This document shows, in pieces, positions 9,073 through 24,800 of a DNA stretch of 64,000 bases. Under the pieces are notes generated by a model. The model was not told the DNA's origin. It ran no database searches and saw nothing but the letters and a program-made list of their open reading frames with translations. The DNA lies in NCBI GenBank assembly GCA_031416315.1, contig JANOTL010000109.1, positions 1-64,000 on the forward strand, in the 5' to 3' direction. The translations under genes were made by a program, and so were the position numbers. Position 1 is the first letter of the stretch. Every line of letters begins with the position of its first letter. This DNA is from Pseudomonadota bacterium (GTDB taxonomy: Bacteria > Bdellovibrionota_B > Oligoflexia > Oligoflexales > CAIYRB01).

Positions 9073-9836
9073 GCGGCGCGCCCAACAGCTACTTCGTCGA
9101 CGGCCTGCCCGCGGTGCGCGAATACGCGCGCTTCAAGCCCGAGGCGATCCTCTCCGTCGAAGCCGTCACCAAGGAGCGCCAAGCCGTGGAGCGCGTGCTG
9201 AAGGAGCATGGCGTGACGGTGAAGGTGCAAGAGCTCCGGCGCGACCCGAAGAAGCCGCAGCCGCAGGACGCCTCCCCGGTCCGCGCGGTCGTCAAGGTCG
9301 CGGCGCTCGACGACCTCGAGTTCACCAGGCGCCTGGAGATCCGCGCCGCCGGCAACGAGCGCGACCTGATCATCGCGCTCGACCACATCACCGATCCGCG
9401 CAACCTCGGCGCCATCGTGCGCAGCGCCGCCTTTTTCGGCGTGCGCGAGGTCGTCGCGCCCGAGCGTCGACAGGTTTTGTTTACTCAGGCCTCGGTCGCC
9501 ACCGCGCAAGGCGGCTTCGCGCTCACCGACCTCGTCTGCGTCGTCAACCTCGGCCGCGCCCTCGACGAGCTCAAAGAACGCGGCTACTGGATCGTCGGCA
9601 CCGCGATGGACGGCGAGCCCCTGATGAAGATCGCCGCCCGCCGCTACGACAAGATCGTCCTGGTCCTCGGCGCCGAGGACGTCGGCATGGCGCTGAAGGT
9701 TCGCGAGCGCTGCGACCTCCTCGCCTCCATCCCAGGCGCCCACGCACACGGAAAAGGCCTCGATTCCCTGAACGTCAGCGTCGCCGCGGGCATTTGCCTT
9801 GCCGCGCTCGCGCCGGCCGCCGACGCGGCGCCCTAG
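9069..9836 (+). CDS. rlmB: 23S rRNA 2'-O-methyltransferase (SpoU/TrmH family, RlmB-like)
   Basis: LDHITDPRNLGAIVRSA, VLGAEDVG, SLNVSVAAGI; ATGA overlap with the upstream gene. Confidence 0.85.
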   Translation: MSGAPNSYFVDGLPAVREYARFKPEAILSVEAVTKERQAVERVLKEHGVTVKVQELRRDPKKPQPQDASPVRAVVKVAALDDLEFTRRLEIRAAGNERDLIIALDHITDPRNLGAIVRSAAFFGVREVVAPERRQVLFTQASVATAQGGFALTDLVCVVNLGRALDELKERGYWIVGTAMDGEPLMKIAARRYDKIVLVLGAEDVGMALKVRERCDLLASIPGAHAHGKGLDSLNVSVAAGICLAALAPAADAAP

Positions 9837-9963
9837 ACGACGCCTTCAGCTTTGCTCCCGGCAAGCCGTGATGGGAGCGCTTTGCTCCCAATCCGCTTGT
9901 GCTCGCGTCGAGATTTGTAGATAAGACGTCTCGACCGACACTCGAATCAATCGGAGCACTCGC

Positions 9964-11223
9964 ATGCGTCTCTGCTTTCAAAGGGCAGCTGTCATTTTCG
10001 CCGCGTTCTGCGTCGCCGCCTGTAGCGCCTTCGATCCTCGCCCCGCGGCGACCGGGTCACCAGGGGCCCACGCGAGCGACGGTCCCGTTGCGGAGGCGGC
10101 AGCCCGGGCCGAAGAAACGCAGGTGACCGCTGCGCCGAATCGCAGGGCCACGACGCTCCTGGCCGGCGGGGATGAGCGCGGCAATGGTGGCGGCGTTGTT
10201 CTATGCCGGAACGCCGATGGATCAATCGCCTTGATCGAATCAATCGATCGGTACGAGGCGCGCGGCAACGGCATCGAGCCCGATCTCGGAAATGACGCGA
10301 TGACGATCTCGGAACGCGCCGCGATCGCCTTCGGCCGCCTGGCTCGCCTGGACGATGTGCGGGCAAAGCGCTACGCGGCGTCCGCAGCGCGCCTCGTCGA
10401 CAGCGGGCGCTTTATGCCTGGAATCACCATCCCCTGGCTGAGCGACGGCGACGTGATCCCGATCCCCGTTGGCTGCGTCCTCGAGACTGTCGTCGCCCGG
10501 CAGACTCCCCTCGACGCCGCGGACCCGGAATTCATCGTCAACAAGGATCTTTGGGATGCCTTGACGCCTCTCGATCAAGCGATTCTGCTCGTCCACGAGG
10601 GCATCTACGAAGAAGCGTTCCTCGATTTCGAGCATGGAAACGCTCGCTCTACGCGCCGCTTCTGCGCTGCGCTTTTTTCCCACGCTCTTGACCAGGCGAG
10701 CCCCAAATACTACGCGAAAATGCTCATTCGACTCTCGCTCCCGAAACTCGATTTGGCTGGTTTCGTCGTGGAGTTGAACGGCGACGTGCGTTTCGACCTC
10801 GATGAAAACATCGTGAAAGTCAGAACGTGGACCAAAAAATGGCGCTTCGGCGACCGCGATTTGCGAATGCATTCGCGGAGTACGGTCAATAGCGGGTTTG
10901 TCTATTTCTATCCCTCGAAAGCCATCCGCGCGGTCGACTTTCTTTACTCCGAGGAGGCGATCGCATTTCAAGGCAATCAATGGAGCCACCTCGGCCCGAG
11001 CGGCGGAAGTGCGGCCCCAATAAGTCCCATTTGTTTGTACGAAAGCGGCGGGATCCGCGCCGCCCTAACGGAACGCGGCACGATCAAGATGCGCGACGGC
11101 ACGACGTTCACCGGTCGCGGCTGGTTCGAGCTGGACGAGGAAGGCTTCTTCGTTCGCAATATCCCCAACCCGAATGGCTCGACGATCGCGGCCGGTTGCT
11201 ATCCCGAGACGGCGCAGCCTTAA
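9964..11223 (+). CDS. Secreted lipoprotein with GGDERGNGG motif
   Basis: Lipobox VAAC; GGDERGNGG and LLVHEGIYE motifs. Function unknown. Confidence 0.65.
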   Translation: MRLCFQRAAVIFAAFCVAACSAFDPRPAATGSPGAHASDGPVAEAAARAEETQVTAAPNRRATTLLAGGDERGNGGGVVLCRNADGSIALIESIDRYEARGNGIEPDLGNDAMTISERAAIAFGRLARLDDVRAKRYAASAARLVDSGRFMPGITIPWLSDGDVIPIPVGCVLETVVARQTPLDAADPEFIVNKDLWDALTPLDQAILLVHEGIYEEAFLDFEHGNARSTRRFCAALFSHALDQASPKYYAKMLIRLSLPKLDLAGFVVELNGDVRFDLDENIVKVRTWTKKWRFGDRDLRMHSRSTVNSGFVYFYPSKAIRAVDFLYSEEAIAFQGNQWSHLGPSGGSAAPISPICLYESGGIRAALTERGTIKMRDGTTFTGRGWFELDEEGFFVRNIPNPNGSTIAAGCYPETAQP

Positions 11224-11224
11224 C

Positions 11225-11980
11225 TTGGAAGCCTCCGAACCGACATTCCCGCAGCTCCTTCGGGACGAATTCCTGGTGCGCCGCGCGAAGAATCCTGCGT
11301 ACTCGTTGCGTGCCTTCGCGCGCGCGCTCGGCATCGGCTCGGGCCGACTCTCCGAGTTTCTTTCCGGCCGGAGGCGCCTCACGGAAAAGACGGCGCTCAA
11401 AGTGTCCGAGCGCTTGGGCGTGGCCCCCAAGCTCCAAATGAAGCTGATCAGCGAGCTTCGCGGCGAGCGCGTTCCGGCCGACGACTTGCGCCGGCAGCTT
11501 TCGGACGACGAATTCTGCGCCATCGCCGATTGGGAGCATTTCGCGATCTTGAGTTTGATCGCGACCATCGACTTCGATCCGAGGCCGGTCGCGATCGCCC
11601 GTCGCCTCGGGATCTCGGCCGCCGCGGCGACGAAGGCCCTCGGCCGTCTGAAACGCTTGAATCTGATCGCCGAGTCGGAAGGCGCCATCTCCAGGACCTG
11701 CTTGCCGCTGCAAACGACGCACGAGATCCCTTCGGCTGCGATCCGCCGCTCTCATCGACAGTCGCTCGAGCGCGCGATCGAGGCGTTGGACGCGGTTCCC
11801 CTCGATCGGCGCGACATCACCTCCATCACCCTAGCGTTCGATCCGGCCGATCTCGTCGCCGCCAAGGCCGCGCTAAAGCGGTTCAGACGCCATTTCTCGC
11901 GGCAGTTCGCGACCGAGCGGGCCACGGAGGTCTACGAGCTCAACCTCCAGCTCGTTCCCGTCACTCGGCGGAGCGAATGA
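11225..11980 (+). CDS. TIGR02147/DUF4423-family HTH protein
   Basis: KNPAYSLRAFARALG...LSEFLSGRR, IADWEHFAIL, RDITSIT, VYELNLQLVP. Start uncertain (TTG 11225 or ATG 11174). Confidence 0.85.
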   Translation: MEASEPTFPQLLRDEFLVRRAKNPAYSLRAFARALGIGSGRLSEFLSGRRRLTEKTALKVSERLGVAPKLQMKLISELRGERVPADDLRRQLSDDEFCAIADWEHFAILSLIATIDFDPRPVAIARRLGISAAAATKALGRLKRLNLIAESEGAISRTCLPLQTTHEIPSAAIRRSHRQSLERAIEALDAVPLDRRDITSITLAFDPADLVAAKAALKRFRRHFSRQFATERATEVYELNLQLVPVTRRSE

Positions 11981-12012
11981 AGCAAACCGACGTGATTCTC
12001 CCTCGCAACTGG

Positions 12013-12041
12013 TTGACATGACGAATCAATCGGTGTACTCA
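12013..12041 (+). promoter_or_regulatory. Candidate sigma-70 promoter for the tRNA-tuf cluster
   Basis: TTGACA at 12013, 17-nt spacer, then TACTCA, in an AT-richer intergenic region. Confidence 0.4.
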
Positions 12042-12152
12042 TAGACCTCTACGATTCACGGAACATGTTGAAAACACTGGTTTTTTGCCGAACCGGGAAG
12101 CGTGGATAGTGTGACTCAGAGGTTGATTTTGTCGGCGCCCAGTAGCTTCCAA

Positions 12153-12228
12153 GCTGGCGTAGCTCAATTGGTAGAGCACCTGATTTGTAATCAGAAGGTT
12201 GTGGGTTCAATTCCCGTCGCCAGCTCCA
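12153..12228 (+). tRNA. tRNA-Thr(TGT)
   Basis: GCTGGCG acceptor, anticodon loop TTTGTAA, GGTTCAATTCC T-arm, encoded CCA. Confidence 0.95.
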
Positions 12229-12282
12229 CTTGTTAAGCAGTGAACCGCGAAAGAACGCGCACCAGGTTCCGGCGAGATCGAT

Positions 12283-12368
12283 GGAGGGTTGCCCGAGTGG
12301 CCAATGGGGGCGGGCTGTAAACCCGTTGTCTTACGACTACGAAGGTTCAAATCCTTCACCCTCCACCA
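12283..12368 (+). tRNA. tRNA-Tyr(GTA)
   Basis: GGAGGGT start, loop CTGTAAA, long variable arm, encoded CCA. Confidence 0.95.
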
Positions 12369-12451
12369 TCTCTGAATCGCGAATCGGTACTGGTTCATTT
12401 TGCGGTGGGAATATCTAGCGGTTCGGCTAGTATCCAGCGTTACGTTCAAGG

Positions 12452-12528
12452 GCGGGAATAGCTCAGTTGGCTAGAGCATCAGCCTTCCAAGCTGAGGGTC
12501 GCGGGTTCGAATCCCGTTTCCCGCTCCA
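12452..12528 (+). tRNA. tRNA-Gly(TCC)
   Basis: GCGGGAA acceptor, loop CTTCCAA, GGTTCGAATCC, encoded CCA. Confidence 0.96.
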
Positions 12529-12543
12529 TGAACGGACGAAGAA

Positions 12544-12618
12544 GCCCGGGGAGCTCAGTGGTAGAGCACGTCCTTGGTAAGGACGGGGTCGTGAGTTCAA
12601 TCCTCATCCTGGGCTCCA
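12544..12618 (+). tRNA. tRNA-Thr(GGT)
   Basis: GCCCGGG/CCTGGGC acceptor, loop TTGGTAA, encoded CCA; position 8 reads G. Confidence 0.92.
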
Positions 12619-12687
12619 TTCATACCACGAAACGACATTCACTTTTTTAGCGATATTTTTAGCGCTGACTGAAAGCGGGAGGACGCG

Positions 12688-13881
<1,194 letters not shown>

Positions 13882-13975
13882 AGCTTCCGGTTCCTCAGTT
13901 TAGCGCTATTGCGTCCCGCCATAGTCCGCGCAAGCGGACGACGGCGGGCCGCAGTTTTCCTGGAAAACAGTCCAT

Positions 13976-14051
13976 AGGCGAGTAGCTCTAGCGGTAGAGC
14001 GACGGATTCCAAATCCGTAGGTCGTGGGTTCGAATCCCACCTCGCCTGCCA
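13976..14051 (+). tRNA. tRNA-Trp(CCA)
   Basis: AGGCGAG acceptor, loop TTCCAAA, GGTTCGAATCC, encoded CCA; usual position before secE. Confidence 0.95.
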
Positions 14052-14082
14052 CCTTTATCTTCGCAAGCCGAGGTCACGGTCC

Positions 14083-14460
14083 ATGGCGAAAGACGATGCA
14101 ACATGGCTGAACGTTTCCTACGTCGCCTTCGCATTGCTGTCGGGCTTCTTCTTCTTCCAAGCCGTCCAGCTGGTCGGCGTCCAAACTGACTGGATCGAGA
14201 AGTACGAATGGTTCGCGGCCGCCGCGACCGTCCTCGCGGCCGCCTTCGGCATCGGGTTGACCATTTATCTGAAGTCAGACAAGGACCGCCACGAGTACCT
14301 TCTGTCCTCGATCACCGAGCTGCGCAAGGTCTCCTGGCCGACCTGGGCCGACACCAAGCGCATGACCCTCATCGTCGTGGTCGTCTGCGGCATCTTCGCG
14401 GTGATCGTCGGCGTCTTCGACGTCATCTGGGCCAAAGCCCTCAACCTGCTCTTGGTATAA
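14083..14460 (+). CDS. secE: Preprotein translocase SecE (three-TM form)
   Basis: ELRKVSWPT motif; lies between tRNA-Trp and nusG. Confidence 0.93.
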   Translation: MAKDDATWLNVSYVAFALLSGFFFFQAVQLVGVQTDWIEKYEWFAAAATVLAAAFGIGLTIYLKSDKDRHEYLLSSITELRKVSWPTWADTKRMTLIVVVVCGIFAVIVGVFDVIWAKALNLLLV

Positions 14461-14472
14461 GGCCCTAAGTCC

Positions 14473-15084
14473 ATGGAAACCACCGATCCTCAAGAGACTC
14501 CGGCGGAAGGCGCACCCGCGCTCGGCAACCGCTCGCGCAACCCGGCCCTCCGTTGGTTCGTGGTGCACACGTATTCGATGTTCGAGGAGAAGGCGAAGTC
14601 GACCCTCCTCGACCGCATCAAGATGAACAAGATGGATCAGTTTTTCGGCGACATCATCGTCCCGAAGACCGCGACCGAGACGGTCTTGAAGTCCGGCAAA
14701 AAGAAGAAGGTCGAGCGCAACGCCTTCCCGGGCTACATCATCGTCGAGATGGAAATGAACGAAAACACGAACCACCTGGTTCGTGACACCCCCAAGATCA
14801 CTGGATTCGTCGGCAATGCGCGTAATCCGCGCCCGATCTCCGACCAGGAAGTCCTGCGCCTCACCTCCCCCGAGACCGTCCGGGAAGAGAAGAAGCAGGC
14901 CGCCGCGTCCCTGACCTTCGAAAAAGGCGAGAGCGTCAAAGTCATCGACGGCGCCTTCACCAACTTCGACGGCGTCATCGAGTCGGTCCAGGCGGACAAG
15001 ATGAAGCTCCGGATCCTCGTCAGCATCTTCGGCCGGGAGACCCCGGTCGAGCTCGACTACGGCCAAGTGCAAAAACTGGGCTGA
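14473..15084 (+). CDS. nusG: Transcription factor NusG
   Basis: WFVVHTYS, FPGYIIVEM, KOW motif VKVIDGAF, IFGRETPVEL. Confidence 0.97.
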   Translation: METTDPQETPAEGAPALGNRSRNPALRWFVVHTYSMFEEKAKSTLLDRIKMNKMDQFFGDIIVPKTATETVLKSGKKKKVERNAFPGYIIVEMEMNENTNHLVRDTPKITGFVGNARNPRPISDQEVLRLTSPETVREEKKQAAASLTFEKGESVKVIDGAFTNFDGVIESVQADKMKLRILVSIFGRETPVELDYGQVQKLG

Positions 15085-15158
15085 AAGTCTGTCGATAAAC
15101 GGCCGGCGGCACGACAGCTGACCATTTCTCGACAGACTTTGAATTTATTATTTTCGCA

Positions 15159-15187
15159 TTGACAGGGTCTTGCCGTTCCCGTAAACC
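15159..15187 (+). promoter_or_regulatory. Candidate sigma-70 promoter of the rplK operon
   Basis: AT-rich UP-like tract, TTGACA at 15159, 17-nt spacer, TAAACC at 15182. Confidence 0.55.
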
Positions 15188-15217
15188 ACGGCACTCTGTC
15201 CTTTAAGGAGTTTAGCG

Positions 15218-15640
15218 GTGGCCAAGAAGATTGTTGGCTTCATCAAGTTGCAAATCCCCGCTGGTAAGGCCAACCCCTCACCGCCGGTCGGTCCTGCGCT
15301 CGGTCAGCGTGGCGTCAACATCATGGCGTTCACGAAAGAGTTCAACGCCCGGACGACGAAGCAGATCGGCTCGATCCTCCCGACGGTCATCACCGTCTAT
15401 GCGGACAAGAGCTTTTCCTTCATCACGAAGAGCCCGCCGGCCTCGGACCTGCTGAAAAAGGCGGCCAAGATCGAGAAAGGCTCGCAGACGCCCGGCAAGG
15501 CGACCTGCGGCACGATCAGCGCGGCCCAAGTGAATGAGATCGCGGCGATCAAGATGAAGGACCTCAACTGCTACGATCCGGAGATGGCCTTCAAGATCAT
15601 CGCCGGCTCCGCACGCAGCATGGGTCTGGAAGTCAAGTAA
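15218..15640 (+). CDS. rplK: 50S ribosomal protein L11
   Basis: [21 protein letters not shown]...GSARSMG. Confidence 0.98.
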   Translation: MAKKIVGFIKLQIPAGKANPSPPVGPALGQRGVNIMAFTKEFNARTTKQIGSILPTVITVYADKSFSFITKSPPASDLLKKAAKIEKGSQTPGKATCGTISAAQVNEIAAIKMKDLNCYDPEMAFKIIAGSARSMGLEVK

Positions 15641-15675
15641 GACGGTTTTTTCGGGTCACCTGACCCACTCACATA

Positions 15676-15713
15676 GTAGGAGAGCCGTCCTCGAGTCGGC
15701 TCGCTCGCACTAC
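15676..15713 (+). promoter_or_regulatory. Candidate L1-binding autoregulatory RNA structure before rplA
   Basis: GTAG-GAG...A-CTAC outer stem with an inner AGCCG/CGGCT stem, next to the rplA RBS; resembles the GUGGGAG...ACCAC L1 target. Confidence 0.5.
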
Positions 15714-15724
15714 GGAGAATATGT

Positions 15725-16420
15725 ATGGCCAAGGCCGGTAAAAAATACCGCGCAGCTGCATCCAAGATCACGCTGGACAAGCTGTATCCCCTCGATGAAG
15801 CTTGCAAGCTCGTCAAGGACGCGACCTTTGTGAAGTTCGACTCGACCGTCGATCTCGCGATCAATCTCGGCGTCGATCCTCGTCAAGCCGACCAGAACGT
15901 CCGCGGCGCGACGCCGCTGCCGCACGGTCTCGGCAAGACGATCCGGATCATCGTCTTCGCCAAGGGCGAGAACCTGGCGAAAGCGAACGTCCCGGGCGTC
16001 GTGAAGTCGGGAGGCGACGAGCTCGCCGCCGAGATCATCGGCGGTTGGATGGAATTCGATGCCGTGATCGCGACCCCCGACATGATGGGCGTGGTCGGTA
16101 AGCTGGGTAAGGTCCTCGGACCCCGCGGCCTCATGCCGAACCCGAAGCTCGGCACCGTCACCTTCGATGTCACCAAAGCGGTCAACGAGCTGAACGCCGG
16201 TCGTACCGAATACCGCGTGGACAAGTCGGGTATCGTGCACTGCCCGGTCGGGAAGATCAGCTTCGGCCCGGAGAAGCTCGCCGACAACATCAAGGCCGTC
16301 ATCGACGCCTTGGTCAAGGCGAAGCCCTCGACCTCCAAGGGTACGTATCTCATGAAGATCGCGGTCTCGTCGACGATGAGCCCGAGCGTCAAAATCGATC
16401 CGTCGCCGTACCGGCTCTAA
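15725..16420 (+). CDS. rplA: 50S ribosomal protein L1
   Basis: KFDSTVDLAINLGVDPR, LGPRGLMPNPKLGTVT. Confidence 0.98.
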   Translation: MAKAGKKYRAAASKITLDKLYPLDEACKLVKDATFVKFDSTVDLAINLGVDPRQADQNVRGATPLPHGLGKTIRIIVFAKGENLAKANVPGVVKSGGDELAAEIIGGWMEFDAVIATPDMMGVVGKLGKVLGPRGLMPNPKLGTVTFDVTKAVNELNAGRTEYRVDKSGIVHCPVGKISFGPEKLADNIKAVIDALVKAKPSTSKGTYLMKIAVSSTMSPSVKIDPSPYRL

Positions 16421-16435
16421 TCAGAGGTATCGTCC

Positions 16436-16966
16436 ATGGCCCGCAATAAAGCCGAGAAACGCGTCCTGAAGGACCAGTTCGCCGAGGAGTTCTCCAAGGC
16501 GAACGCCGCGATCATCGCCGAGTATCGGGGCCTCAAGGTCTCCGAGCTCACCGAGCTCCGCGTCAAGCTGCGCGAGGCGAATGCCTCGTTCAAGGTCATC
16601 AAGAACCGCGTCGCGAAGTTCGCGCTCAAAGAGCACACCCCGAAGCTCGCGGCCTTGGCCGACCAGCTCAAGGGACCCGTTGGCCTCGTCCTCGTTTTCG
16701 GTGAGCCAGCGCCCGTAGCTAAAGCTCTCCTCGAGTGGGGCAAGGACAAGGAAAACTTCAAGCTCAAGAATGGCGTCCTCGACGGCATCATTCTGAAAGC
16801 TGCGGACATCAAAGAGCTGTCCGACATGCCGTCGCGCGAGGCGATGCTGGGCCAGATCGCCGGCCTCCTGCAGACCCCTGCGCAGAACATTCTGAACCTC
16901 GCCGTCGCGATTCCGCGTCAGCTGGCCCAGGTGATCTTCGCTTTGTCCGAGAAGAAGCAAGCTTAA
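16436..16966 (+). CDS. rplJ: 50S ribosomal protein L10
   Basis: EYRGLKVSELTELR, VIKNR; synteny. Confidence 0.96.
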   Translation: MARNKAEKRVLKDQFAEEFSKANAAIIAEYRGLKVSELTELRVKLREANASFKVIKNRVAKFALKEHTPKLAALADQLKGPVGLVLVFGEPAPVAKALLEWGKDKENFKLKNGVLDGIILKAADIKELSDMPSREAMLGQIAGLLQTPAQNILNLAVAIPRQLAQVIFALSEKKQA

Positions 16967-17041
16967 GTCAAGTATCAGTTATCATTGTCTATTTATCGCT
17001 TCGGGCAAGACCTCTGCACCGAAGACTGAGGGAGGATCGAG

Positions 17042-17425
17042 ATGTCTGCGCTTACCCAGGACCAAGTTTTCGAATTCTTCGAGAAGATGACCCTTCTCGA
17101 GGCCAAGGGCTTCATCAAGGAGTTCGAGACCCGCTTCGGCGTGTCGGCGGCAGCTCCGGTCGCCATGATGGCGGCTGGCGGCGGCGGCGCGGCGGCTGCT
17201 CCGGTCGAAGAGCAAACCGAGTTCACGGTGATCTTGTCTGCCGCTGGCGACAAGAAAATCAACGTGATCAAGGAAATCCGCACGATCACCGGTCTTGGCC
17301 TGAAAGAAGCCAAAGACCTGGTCGAAGGCGCTCCGAAGACCGTGAAAGAAGGCGTCACGAAAGACGAAGCCGCGAAGATCAAGAAGGTCCTCGAAGAGAA
17401 CGGCGCCAAGGTCGATCTCAAGTAA
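17042..17425 (+). CDS. rplL: 50S ribosomal protein L7/L12
   Basis: [27 protein letters not shown]. Confidence 0.98.
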   Translation: MSALTQDQVFEFFEKMTLLEAKGFIKEFETRFGVSAAAPVAMMAAGGGGAAAAPVEEQTEFTVILSAAGDKKINVIKEIRTITGLGLKEAKDLVEGAPKTVKEGVTKDEAAKIKKVLEENGAKVDLK

Positions 17426-17675
17426 TCCTCTTCGATTGCGACGTCGTTCTTCCGGGAATGCGTCTGTGTGGTCCCCGCCAGGGGTCTGCGCAAGCGCTTT
17501 CTCGGGAGCGCCATTTCGTCTCTCACCGAGGCAGGCCTCCATCCCGGAGTCTGCTTTGGCTCGACACATCGTTATTGCGGGATAAACCTGCCTGCGCGTA
17601 TGCTTTCCGCCTTACACGCTCCGCTAGGGTTTTCGTCGCAGGTCGCCTGCGTCCCTTTCGACTTTAGGAGTGCCC

Positions 17676-21815
<4,140 letters not shown>

Positions 21816-21851
21816 TCGTTTTGCTACTACCTCATACCTGAGGGGACGAAC

Positions 21852-24800
21852 TTGAAAGATTTGTTGAATTTCTTCGACAAACCGACCGATCCGCTGTCTT
21901 TTAACGCGATCAAGATCTCACTGGCCTCGCCGGAGAAGATCCGCAGCTGGTCCTACGGCGAAGTGAAGAAGCCGGAGACGATCAACTACCGGACGTTCAA
22001 GCCGGAGCGTGACGGTCTCTTCTGCGCCAAGATCTTCGGGCCCGTGCGTGACTTCGAGTGCATCTGCGGCAAATACAAGCGCATGAAGCACCGCGGCATC
22101 GTGTGCGACAAGTGCGGCGTCGAGGTCATCCACTCGAAGGTCCGTCGCGAGCGCTTGGGCCACATCAACTTGGCGACCCCGGTCGCGCACATCTGGTTTT
22201 TGAAGTCCTTGCCGTCGCGCATCGGCGCGATCCTCGACATCACGTTGAAAGACGTGGAGCGGATCCTCTACAGCGAATCCTACGTCGTCCTCGACCCGGG
22301 TGCCGCCGACGTCACGAAGCTGAAGCCGGGCCAGGTCCTCGCCGAAGAAGAGTACGACGCGGCCCTCGCGGACCACGGCAACAACGCCTTCCGCGTTGGC
22401 GTCGGCGCGGAAGCGATCATGGAGCTCCTGTCGCAGATCCGCGTCGAGGACTTGGCCGACGATCTGCGTCGCGACCTCAAGGATTGCAAGGCGGAAGCCA
22501 CCCGCAAGAAGCTGCAGAAGCGCCTCAAAGTCATCGAGGCCTTCAACCACAAGGACCAGAACGGCAACTTCCTCGCCAAGCCCCAGTGGATGATGCTCAA
22601 CGTCATCCCGGTCTTGCCGCCGGACCTGCGCCCGCTCGTGCCCCTCGACGGCGGTCGCTTCGCGACCTCCGACTTGAACGACCTCTATCGCCGCGTGATC
22701 AACCGGAACAACCGTTTGCTCCGCCTGATCGAGCTCAATGCTCCTGAAATCATCATCCGCAACGAAAAGCGGATGCTGCAGGAGTCGGTCGACGCCCTCT
22801 TCGACAACGGCCGCCGCGGTAAGGTCTTCACCGGCCCGAACAAGCGTCCGCTCCGCTCGCTGTCCGACATGCTCAAGGGCAAGCAAGGCCGCTTCCGTCA
22901 GAACCTTCTCGGCAAGCGGGTCGACTACTCCGGTCGTTCCGTCATCGTCGTCGGTCCCGACTTGAAGCTGCACCAGTGCGGTCTGCCGAAGAAGATGGCG
23001 ATCGAGCTGTTCAAGCCCTTCCTTTACAACAAGCTCGAAGAGCACGGCATCGTCTCGACGATCAAATCGGCGAAAAAGCTCGTCGAAAAAGAGCGTCCGG
23101 AAGTGTGGGACTCCCTCGAGGAAGTGACGAAGGAGCACCCGGTTCTTCTGAACCGCGCGCCGACGCTGCACCGCTTGGGCATCCAGGCCTTCGAGCCGGT
23201 CTTGATCGAAGGCAAGGCCATCCAGCTTCACCCTCTGGTGTGCTTTGCGTTCAACGCCGACTTCGACGGTGACCAGATGGCCGTGCACGTTCCCTTGAGC
23301 GTCGAAGCTCAGCTGGAAGCGCGCGTCCTCATGATGTCGACCAACAACATCCTGTCGCCGGCGTCCGGTAACCCGGTCATCGTCCCGACGCAGGACATCG
23401 TCCTCGGCATCTACTATCTCACCCGTGAAGACATCGGCGCCCACGGCGGCGGCAAGATGTTCGGGTCGATCGAAGAAGTGCGGGCAGCTTACGACCACAA
23501 CGGCGTGTCGCTGCAAGCTCCGATCATCGTGCGTCTGCGCGGTCAGCGCGTGAAGACGACGGTCGGCCGCGTCCTCCTCTTCGAGATCCTCCCGGACGAC
23601 GTCTCCTTCGACTTCATCAACCGCGCTCTCGGCAAGAAAGAGCTCGGCAAGCTGGTCAACGAAGTCTTCCGGCGTTGCGGCCCGAAGCGCACGGTCCTCG
23701 TGGCCGACGCCCTTCGCGCCATGGGCTACCGCTACTCGACGAAGGCAGGTCTCTCGATCTCCATCGGCGACATGGTCGTGCCGAAGATCAAAGTGAAGCT
23801 GCTCGAGGAAGCGTACGAGGAAGTGAAGAAGATCAAGGAGCAGTACTCCGAAGGTCTCCTCACCGAAGGCGAGCGCTACAACAAGGTCATCGACATCTGG
23901 GCCAAAGTGACCGAAGGCATCGCCGGCGAGATGTTCAAGAACATCTCGACGATGGCGCGCAACGACCACAAAGGCGTCGAGCACCGCGTTCCCTCCAACA
24001 ACTCCATCTTCATGATGGCCGACTCCGGCGCCCGGGGCTCTGCGCAGCAGATCCGCCAGCTGGCCGGTATGCGCGGTCTCATGGCGAAGCCGTCGGGCGA
24101 GATCATCGAGACGCCGATCACCTCGAACTTCCGCGAGGGACTGACGGTTCTCGAGTACTTCACCTCGACCCACGGCGCGCGTAAGGGCCTGGCCGATACC
24201 GCTCTGAAGACCGCATCCTCCGGTTACTTGACGCGTCGTCTCGTCGACGTCGCGCAGGATTCGATCATCTCCGAGCATGACTGCTTCACGCAAGACGGCC
24301 TCCTGCTCGTCCCCTTGCGCGACGGTCCGGAGATCAAGGAATCGCTCGGCAAACGGATCCTCGGCCGGGTGCCCCTCGAAGACGTCAAGAACCCGGAGAC
24401 GGGCGCGGTCGTTATCCCGACGGGCACGCTCATCTCCGAAGCGCTCTCCATCGAAGTCGACAAGGCCTCGGTCGAATCCGCACGGGTCCGCTCGACCCTG
24501 ACCTGTATCGCCAAGACCGGTTGCTGCGCTCTGTGCTACGGCCGCGACTTGGCGACCGGGCACCTGGTCAACGTCGGGGAAGCGGTCGGCGTCATCGCCG
24601 CCCAGTCCATCGGCGAGCCGGGCACGCAGCTGACCATGCGGACGTTCCACTTCGGTGGCGCCGTTTCGCACGCGGTCGAGTCCAGCGCCTTGAACTCGCG
24701 CTTCTCCGGCAAGGTGAAGTTCGAGAACCTGCGGACGGTCGCGAACCGCGAAGGCGTGCTCATCGTCTTGTCCCGAGCCGGCGAGATCAAAGTTCTCGGC

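Noticed and set aside
17426..17675. ncRNA or riboswitch in the rplL-rpoB spacer
   Set aside because: Several short hairpins but no recognisable family motif; a structured spacer here is ordinary.
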